Virus record (IMG/VR): IMGVR_UViG_3300021963_000051
Coordinates: 47,967 to 111,966 of that record
Origin: a virus
DNA length: 64,000 nucleotides
Strand: one strand, 5' to 3'
This document shows positions 57,902 through 64,000 of this stretch, in pieces (the stretch's first letter is position 1; every line of letters begins with the position of its first letter). A program made the translations under genes and the position numbers. The notes beneath the pieces are model-generated. The model was not told the DNA's origin, ran no database searches, and saw nothing but the letters and a program-made list of their open reading frames with translations.

Positions 57902-57925
57902 AAAACGCCCCGAAGGGCGTTTTTA
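57900..57925. terminator. Bidirectional intrinsic terminator
   Basis: AAAAACGCCC-CGAA-GGGCGTTTTT. Confidence 0.85.
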
Positions 57926-57942
57926 TTTTTCTAATTTATTGA

Positions 57943-58962
57943 TTAGAAACGATGACGAATACCAACACCTGATACACGAGTATCTGCGAAAGCTGTATTA
58001 GTTCTATTAACACCATCATTGGTATAATTAGTGTCACGTACAGCAGCATAAACATCAGTACGTTTACTTAGGCTGTGGCTTAGACCGACTGCCCAACTTG
58101 CGGTTTCTGCTGACTTATTACCTATAAAGGCGTGATCATGTTTAGCATAACTTACCATAGCTGTGTTACCTTTACCTAAAGGCATAGCAGCACCAAGGCT
58201 CCAACCTTTATCCTCTTTGGTTACCGCATCGCTGTGTTCAACTTTATCCCATTGAGCATAGACTTTGGCAACCTTAAGATCATAACTACCACCAAGAATT
58301 AGAGCAGTCATGCTTGGCTTACCAGCACCTTGTTCTACATCTTGCCATGTGGCTGTAAGACCAATTGGGCCACTAAAATACATAGCGCCCACACTCTTAC
58401 CTGCCTGTTTGGTTCCAGTGGCATCATCTACAACGCCTGCTGAATATACACCAGTAAGAGATAATCCACCTGCTTTGGTTTTTACTAGAACACTGTTGTT
58501 CCAACCAGAATCAACACCGCCTGCGGCTAGGTTGAAATTGGTAACACCAAAACGTTGTGTGAATGTTGGTGAAAATACTGAACTATCACCGAAACTGTTA
58601 AATGCCACAGTAGAAATAAAGTATGGAGTGGTTACACGACCGACTTGTACTTCGCCTACTTTACTGCCCAATGATACATAGGCATTGCGAGCATAGAAAG
58701 CATCACCGTTAAACCGTCCTGTTGAGGCTGTGTCTGGACGTAGAAATGTTTCTAGAACCACGCTGGCCTGATATGCGCCAACTTGCTCAACACTCTTGAT
58801 ACCGATGTGGCTGGTACTCATACCACCTGCTGATACTTGATTAGTTGAGGTCTTTCCTGATGTATGACCGAAGTAAGCATCTGCCAAACCGTAAAGACTG
58901 GTTTGAGCAGCAGCAGTGGTTGTAAGACCGGCCAATAAAACAGCCAATAAAAGTTTTTTCAT
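57943..58962 (-). CDS. Gram-negative general porin (betaproteobacterial type)
   Basis: Signal peptide, SLYGLAD start, RNAYVSL, LSKRTDVYA, C-terminal GIRHRF. Confidence 0.9.
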   Translation of the reverse strand: MKKLLLAVLLAGLTTTAAAQTSLYGLADAYFGHTSGKTSTNQVSAGGMSTSHIGIKSVEQVGAYQASVVLETFLRPDTASTGRFNGDAFYARNAYVSLGSKVGEVQVGRVTTPYFISTVAFNSFGDSSVFSPTFTQRFGVTNFNLAAGGVDSGWNNSVLVKTKAGGLSLTGVYSAGVVDDATGTKQAGKSVGAMYFSGPIGLTATWQDVEQGAGKPSMTALILGGSYDLKVAKVYAQWDKVEHSDAVTKEDKGWSLGAAMPLGKGNTAMVSYAKHDHAFIGNKSAETASWAVGLSHSLSKRTDVYAAVRDTNYTNDGVNRTNTAFADTRVSGVGIRHRF

Positions 58963-58990
58963 GTTTAATTTCCTTATTAAAAAATGCTAA

Positions 58991-59896
58991 TTAACCGCCG
59001 TAATCTACAAATTCTAACCCTGAGTTTTTAATTCCTACAAAGTCAATTTGTGCCAACAGTTCTGGTCTACTAGCAGCAACCAACAGTACGTCGGCCTGTG
59101 AATATCCATGCTTTTCAATTGCTTCGATTACCATGTTGATTTCATCATAGGTGCCATCTTTACCAAAAGTATTTTTCCATACATGCTTGGCAAAAACAAC
59201 ATTAGACTTACCACCGGCATCAGCAAGATATTCATCGCTGGTTAAGATCTTGGCCGCAATCTCTTTGATACTCCAACCTAGATCTTCTCTAAGATACATA
59301 CCAGCACCTATGTATTCTGGTGTGATATCATCCTCTCCTACAGCAGCAGCCATTAATGCTAGAATTTTGCCTAGGTCTGTATCCTTGGTTACATCAAAGG
59401 CCAAACTTTTGTCATCAAAGACTACACGCTCATGATCATTCAAAGTGAATGTAATATTACTAACCAAATCGCTGGTTGCGATTATATCACCGTCTAGATA
59501 TGACAATGTATAATCATCACTTTTGCCGTAAAATTTATAAGAGTCAATACCCGCTGTACCATCTACATCGATTAATACATCTACAACTCCATCTCCTTTA
59601 CGACCAGTGCCTACAGTTCCAAACGTAGCAATTTTACCACCTAGACCAACTGTGCCAACTGTGACAATTAGATTGTTGTCAGGTGAGACTCCGCCTAGAT
59701 TGGTTCCTGAAACAGTGACAGTGTCACCTGCTACATATCCAGTACCTGCCTTGTCTAAGGCCACTGAATATTGACCGTTGGTTTTTACCACATCAAATTC
59801 AGCACCACTACCTGAACCACCGCTGCCAATTACCCCAGTTACATTTTGATAAGTAGCGTCTACTACTTTGTCTGTAATCCTAATTCTTGTTGTCAT
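58991..59896 (-). CDS. Chimeric protein: Gly-rich beta domain plus DUF4214/S-layer-like C-terminus
   Basis: SGAEFDV...GTGYVAGDTVT; ERVVFDDKSLAFD...ILTSDEY...SNVVFAKHVWKNTFG; start ATG 59896 with AAGGA SD. Confidence 0.55.
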   Translation of the reverse strand: MTTRIRITDKVVDATYQNVTGVIGSGGSGSGAEFDVVKTNGQYSVALDKAGTGYVAGDTVTVSGTNLGGVSPDNNLIVTVGTVGLGGKIATFGTVGTGRKGDGVVDVLIDVDGTAGIDSYKFYGKSDDYTLSYLDGDIIATSDLVSNITFTLNDHERVVFDDKSLAFDVTKDTDLGKILALMAAAVGEDDITPEYIGAGMYLREDLGWSIKEIAAKILTSDEYLADAGGKSNVVFAKHVWKNTFGKDGTYDEINMVIEAIEKHGYSQADVLLVAASRPELLAQIDFVGIKNSGLEFVDYGG

Positions 59897-59995
59897 ATAA
59901 ATCCTTATGTAAAAAAACTCTGTGTAAGTATTATATAGCACACATAGAAGATAATGTCAAAATAATGGCAGAAAATATAGGGAATTTTGGTATAT

Positions 59996-60640
59996 CTAAT
60001 GAGCCATTAGGCGATCTACAAAGCTCAATAACAGTTTATGATGTTGGTATTCATGCCAATATGGCTGAAGATAGGCCTTGTCATACCAATAACTGTCACT
60101 CTCAGGATGAGGGCCGATTAGACCAATTCGTCCCTGTATGATAGCAGCAGCATCACCATTTGAATACTTGGCAATTACTTCATAGGTTTTGCCATCACCT
60201 ACTAGACTACAGCCATCATAGAAAAACATGTCGTAATACTGTCCCTGCCAGTTAATTGTTGTAACTGTAGCGAAACTTCTTCTAATATCACTTTTCCTAC
60301 GCTTTATATACTGTAAAGTTTGTATATTGGGACAGATATTGAAATAGTGTGGACCTGCCCAGTAAGCACCCATACAGATGCCTAAATACCGTTTACGTTT
60401 GTCTACTTGATTTCTGATTATGTCTGCTCTTGAACCTATTATCCTATGCCAACTGTTGCTGTCTCCTATCCCACCTGGAAAGGCTATAAGGTCACATTTG
60501 TTAAATCTTGTGTCGGAAATTTCACTGTTACCAAAAAAGTCTATTTCATACTTAGGGCTGAGACTTTTCAATATGCCATGAGCACTTTGAACACTACATT
60601 CGGGATGATGAATGAATATTGCTACACGGGGTTTTTTCAC
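59996..60640 (-). CDS. BPL_N-like class I glutamine amidotransferase-fold protein
   Basis: FPGG, YLGICMGAY, GPHPE. Confidence 0.8.
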   Translation of the reverse strand: MKKPRVAIFIHHPECSVQSAHGILKSLSPKYEIDFFGNSEISDTRFNKCDLIAFPGGIGDSNSWHRIIGSRADIIRNQVDKRKRYLGICMGAYWAGPHYFNICPNIQTLQYIKRRKSDIRRSFATVTTINWQGQYYDMFFYDGCSLVGDGKTYEVIAKYSNGDAAAIIQGRIGLIGPHPESDSYWYDKAYLQPYWHEYQHHKLLLSFVDRLMAH

Positions 60641-60656
60641 ATGAATATTTATGAAA

Positions 60657-60676
60657 GCAGGGTCCTAAGACCCTGC
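60657..60676 (-). terminator. Terminator-like hairpin after tmRNA
   Basis: GCAGGGTC-TTAG-GACCCTGC followed by TTT on minus strand. Confidence 0.65.
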
Positions 60677-61105
60677 TGTTAGTTTCTGTTGCCAGGTATA
60701 ACTACCCCTGCATACCTGTTGATCAGGCTGCTAGAGCGTAAACTTCATCGTTTGCGTCTATTTGGTTTTGCTAGCTTTAGGAGCTTCGCCTTGCCTGTTG
60801 TCCATATCCGTACTCTTTGCCTCGTCGAAACCATGATCAGGCCCATCAACAGGAGACTGTAATTTCATGCTTTCTGGTACTGGTCCAATACCAACTAGCC
60901 TATCCCATTCTCTTTGAGTATACTTCAACATATAATCTCCTCTTGGTGGACCTGCCGGGATTCGAACCCGGGTCCGCGACATGTTTCCTTCAACTTCATA
61001 CAACAATACATGATCATTTTAGCAGACTCCATAGGGCGTGTGGGTCCTCTGCTGAGACTATGAGTCTTTCACTCATACAGGTTAAGCTATGCTTCCTTAC
61101 CCCTA
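60677..61105 (-). ncRNA. ssrA: tmRNA, circularly permuted (two-piece) gene
   Basis: T arm CCGGG-TTCGAAT-CCCGG and CAGGTCC-A-CCA end at 60944, upstream of the 5' end GGGCCTGATCATGGTTTCGAC (60844); 7-bp acceptor stem with G3-U70; tag ANDEVYALAA* at 60755-60723. Outer ends approximate. Confidence 0.92.
60758..60931 (-). CDS. 57-aa ORF starting in the tmRNA intervening segment
   Basis: AGAGGAG SD immediately after CCA; ATG 60931; MLKYTQREWDRLVGIGPVPE... Confidence 0.55.
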   Translation of the reverse strand: MLKYTQREWDRLVGIGPVPESMKLQSPVDGPDHGFDEAKSTDMDNRQGEAPKASKTK

Positions 61106-61115
61106 CTAGATAATT

Positions 61116-61167
61116 TATTTAATCATTGCTCTCTAGCAAGTATAATTATATACTACTAACTTGTCAA
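61116..61167 (-). promoter_or_regulatory. Tandem sigma70 and late promoters upstream of tmRNA
   Basis: TTGACA(61167-61162)-17 nt-TATACT(61144-61139) and TAAATA at 61121-61116. Confidence 0.75.
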
Positions 61168-61183
61168 CCGAATTGAGAAAAAC

Positions 61184-61588
61184 ATGCAAGAAACACTGAG
61201 CCAATTAGAAGACTTTGTCAAAAACTGTTGTCAACACAGACCCAACGGCGCTAGATTTGTGTTCCTGGGCCTAGATCCCAGTGAACTAGACAGCATAGAA
61301 GAACTTAATAAAAAATACGAGGTTGAATATTATGACCAATATTTTGCTCGTAATCTTAGTGCTACCTATCTAGATCACAGCCTAGACTTGGTCTACATAC
61401 ACAGAATAGATCACAGTAGAGATCCAATTGAAGCCATTTATCAATGGGGTTCTAAACTCAAAGGTGGTGGCGCAATCGCAGGATGGGGCTATAATGATCG
61501 AACTATCAAAGCCAGTCTGCTGAGAATTATAGGTGATTGCCCCAGTCGTTGGCCCGACATTTGGGCTTTGCCCATTGTGGTTCCCTAG
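61184..61588 (+). CDS. Degenerate class I SAM methyltransferase-like protein
   Basis: FVFLG, SLDLVYI, KLKGGGAIAG. Confidence 0.45.
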   Translation: MQETLSQLEDFVKNCCQHRPNGARFVFLGLDPSELDSIEELNKKYEVEYYDQYFARNLSATYLDHSLDLVYIHRIDHSRDPIEAIYQWGSKLKGGGAIAGWGYNDRTIKASLLRIIGDCPSRWPDIWALPIVVP

Positions 61589-62103
61589 ACGACCCTGTGA
61601 ATACGCTGCTCTGGATTTTGAAATTCAAACTCTAGAACATATCTGGCCTGTCTAGCTGCTCTATTGGGCAATTCTAGAAAATAGGTCATGCCCTGAGCTA
61701 GTTCAACCACACGCCCTGGTCTATATATGACCGCACCCTGAGCTTCTAGCCCTTGACTGTCTAAGATGATTAGGTGCCCGCCCCATTCTATGGGCCACTC
61801 TAGATTGGCCATATAGATCATGACAGTGAACTGACTTTTTATCACTGAAGGTCTGGTCAAATCTCCGGCTGTTTGACAGCGAACTCTAGTGGATACCAAG
61901 GTCTTGCCCACTATACTGTTCATGATTTCTGGACTGGATCTGTCACTGATCATGCCTAGGTTGGCCAGATCAAAACTGTAATAGGTACTGATCATAGATC
62001 CTTCACTGGGCCTAAATAGACTGGTGGATATGATCTGATAAAAATGCTGTCTATTCTCTAGATCATAACAGTGATCATAGACTCGAATACTGTTGTCATT
62101 CAT
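61585..62103 (-). CDS. Degenerate 2OG-Fe(II) oxygenase-like protein
   Basis: IYMANLEWPIEWGGHL, YRPGRVV; no clear HxD. Confidence 0.5.
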   Translation of the reverse strand: MNDNSIRVYDHCYDLENRQHFYQIISTSLFRPSEGSMISTYYSFDLANLGMISDRSSPEIMNSIVGKTLVSTRVRCQTAGDLTRPSVIKSQFTVMIYMANLEWPIEWGGHLIILDSQGLEAQGAVIYRPGRVVELAQGMTYFLELPNRAARQARYVLEFEFQNPEQRIHRVV

Positions 62104-62123
62104 GATCTATGCTACTACAGAAA

Positions 62124-62399
62124 TCACGTACAGTCACTGAATTTGAGCAAAAACAAAGTGGTGTACTGCTGTGACCTAAAATTTACTAGGCATTGATCAG
62201 CATCTATACCCATGTTGAATGTGGTCAATCCCCAGGTCCAATCTACCCATCTACGCCCAATGTACTGAATCAACCAAGAATCTACTAAAGCCACACTGGC
62301 TTCCCAATCCTGATTGCCATTATAGATCACTCTAGGCCAGGGCGCATGAGCATGATAGGGCAACTCAGGAAATCTATCCCATAACATTCTATGAACCAT
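62124..62399 (-). CDS. Hypothetical protein
   Basis: 91 aa, Trp-rich; TAAATA 7 nt upstream. Confidence 0.55.
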   Translation of the reverse strand: MVHRMLWDRFPELPYHAHAPWPRVIYNGNQDWEASVALVDSWLIQYIGRRWVDWTWGLTTFNMGIDADQCLVNFRSQQYTTLFLLKFSDCT

Positions 62400-62427
62400 G
62401 ATAGAGTATTTACATACTCTGAGTTCA

Positions 62428-63045
62428 TTATTCCATGTAGAAATTTACCATGGTCACACGCTGATGTTGAAAATATCTTGGATCATGATCCATGCCATGT
62501 AGCAGCCTACCATCAAATAATACCATGCGATTGGGCTGACCCTGAAACTGATGAACCAAGTCATAGTACCGTTGGGGACGCCACGGATCCACGTGCTCTG
62601 CTATACCATCTATGACATTGGGATCTGGTGCTAGCTCAGTATAGACATTGGTTCTATCCATGTCCCAGTAGATTATGGCTGTATAACCTGGGTCTCTATG
62701 TGGCCACCAATAGTGATTCTGTGCTCGTGAGTTGTATTCAGTGTTGACCAATCTGGTCACATTACTGACAAATGTATGAGGCTCAACAGGTGCCTGTCCA
62801 CACAGTGAATAAATCAGTCTATCCAGTTCTTCTAGTCGTGGCACTGAAATCTTATGCCTGCGATCTATGAAATCACGACCATTGCGGCTACCTGGTTGCT
62901 GACCCAGATGTAGCCCATTGGTTGACTGCTGAGCTATCCATGCCCATATACGACCAGGGTGATTGAACACTGCGTCTACTTCCCAGGCATCTGTACCTAG
63001 TAGGCTTATTTCACGAGTTTTTCTACGGGGATTGACAAACCACAT
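62428..63045 (-). CDS. 2OG-Fe(II) oxygenase-like protein
   Basis: PHRD, NRMVLFDG..LHG, RVT; GGAGG SD. Confidence 0.7.
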   Translation of the reverse strand: MWFVNPRRKTREISLLGTDAWEVDAVFNHPGRIWAWIAQQSTNGLHLGQQPGSRNGRDFIDRRHKISVPRLEELDRLIYSLCGQAPVEPHTFVSNVTRLVNTEYNSRAQNHYWWPHRDPGYTAIIYWDMDRTNVYTELAPDPNVIDGIAEHVDPWRPQRYYDLVHQFQGQPNRMVLFDGRLLHGMDHDPRYFQHQRVTMVNFYME

Positions 63046-63063
63046 ACGACCTCCACTGCCTAT

Positions 63064-63879
63064 TTAGCCCTTATACCATCGCTGGGGCATGAATTCTAGA
63101 CTGTGATCTAGCACTTCATTGCGATCATACTGATCAAACCATGCCTTAGTCCTAGTTTCCGCCTGATATCTGTCAATGGCCTCATGATGCTGCTTGTAAT
63201 CGACAAAATACTGATAACTCTGTGTGGCATAGTGGTTGATTCGAGCCAAACTGTGATCTGCAGGCCACGGTGACTGTATCCAACCCTCAGCGGACCACTG
63301 AGCCTGCTCTATGGGCCTGGACTGTAGATCCCAGGTTTGATTTAAGGTGTGAAACCAATGACTGCTGAGACTGACCCTGAACCCAGACCACTGCCGCCCT
63401 CTGACTAGACACTTGAACTGTCGATTTATGGCATGATCTAGATTGGCTCTACGACGAAAATTTTCAGTGATCATGCCCCGGGGCTCACGAGTATGATGAC
63501 TGCTGCCAAATACAGACCAATAGACAGCTAGAGCTGTGGCCCTGTGATAGCCCGCATCATTGACTAGTTCTAGTAGATCACCCCCACCTTCACGAAATAG
63601 AAACTCATCCCCATCTATAAAGGCACACCAGTCAAATTCATGACCATGGTTTTGGTAACAGTGCTGGTAACTGACTAACTGCGGCACTATGATGCCCTGA
63701 TCTAGACGATATACGACTAGATCATAGACCTTGCCCAAGTCACTGACTAGATCAATACTGAGCTGATCAGCTCGATCTAGATAGAGATAAAACCTGGATA
63801 CACCTTGGTACTGGTGAAAGGCTAACCACTCATGAATCCAGGGTTCTCTGAATCGCTGAACACTACAGACAGCTAACAT
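63064..63879 (-). CDS. Glycosyltransferase (GT92/GT2-like)
   Basis: EWLAFH...GVSRFYLY, WCAFIDGDEF, INHY. Confidence 0.8.
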   Translation of the reverse strand: MLAVCSVQRFREPWIHEWLAFHQYQGVSRFYLYLDRADQLSIDLVSDLGKVYDLVVYRLDQGIIVPQLVSYQHCYQNHGHEFDWCAFIDGDEFLFREGGGDLLELVNDAGYHRATALAVYWSVFGSSHHTREPRGMITENFRRRANLDHAINRQFKCLVRGRQWSGFRVSLSSHWFHTLNQTWDLQSRPIEQAQWSAEGWIQSPWPADHSLARINHYATQSYQYFVDYKQHHEAIDRYQAETRTKAWFDQYDRNEVLDHSLEFMPQRWYKG

Positions 63880-64000
63880 CGCGCGAAGCGCCTAAACGGA
63901 AAATTTTTTTCATACACTTTAACTACCTACTTTATTTACCCGCTCGACCAATTAAAAACAAACTGAACACGATGATGACCCAAAATGCCCATGCTCCCCA

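Noticed and set aside
60944-60985. tRNA-Ala-like gene or attP-type tRNA fragment
   Set aside because: No anticodon arm upstream; the matching 5' acceptor strand and tag lie downstream, so it is the acceptor piece of a permuted tmRNA
60932-61006. 82-aa version of the ORF starting at TTG 61006
   Set aside because: The extension runs through the T arm without an SD; ATG 60931 has a strong SD
512-62615. Many short antisense or alternative-frame ORFs in the track
   Set aside because: Shadows of long genes with biased codons; no SD, promoter or recognisable motif
1-64000. Stop-codon reassignment
   Set aside because: Core genes are full length in the standard code, and TAA, TAG and TGA all terminate genes

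Overview
The window is a 64-kb slice of a large lytic myophage genome (AT-rich, standard genetic code) with a distant T4-like core. Order: head genes (prohead protease, scaffold, major capsid), a ~20-kb block of giant virion/fibre genes, neck/tail/packaging genes, a recombination-replication block (gp32, UvsX/Y/W, primase, helicase, and a very short DnaE-type polymerase core; no family B polymerase in the window), an ADP-heptose-type sugar cluster, and a host-like accessory block (YqgE/AlgH, nucleotidyltransferase, YbaN, porin, DUF4214-like protein, tmRNA). The porin C-terminus and the tmRNA tag (ANDEVYALAA) suggest a betaproteobacterial host. Main findings: (1) eight phycobiliprotein-like globin domains with an intact Cys-x-Arg-Asp bilin-attachment motif in two virion proteins; (2) a circularly permuted (two-piece) tmRNA gene whose intervening segment launches a protein-coding ORF; (3) a probable -1 frameshift extending a small exported peptide; (4) a ~193-aa mini DnaE; (5) widespread leaderless gene starts behind TAAATA and sigma70 promoters. 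All assignments come from reading motifs by eye; no database searches were run.
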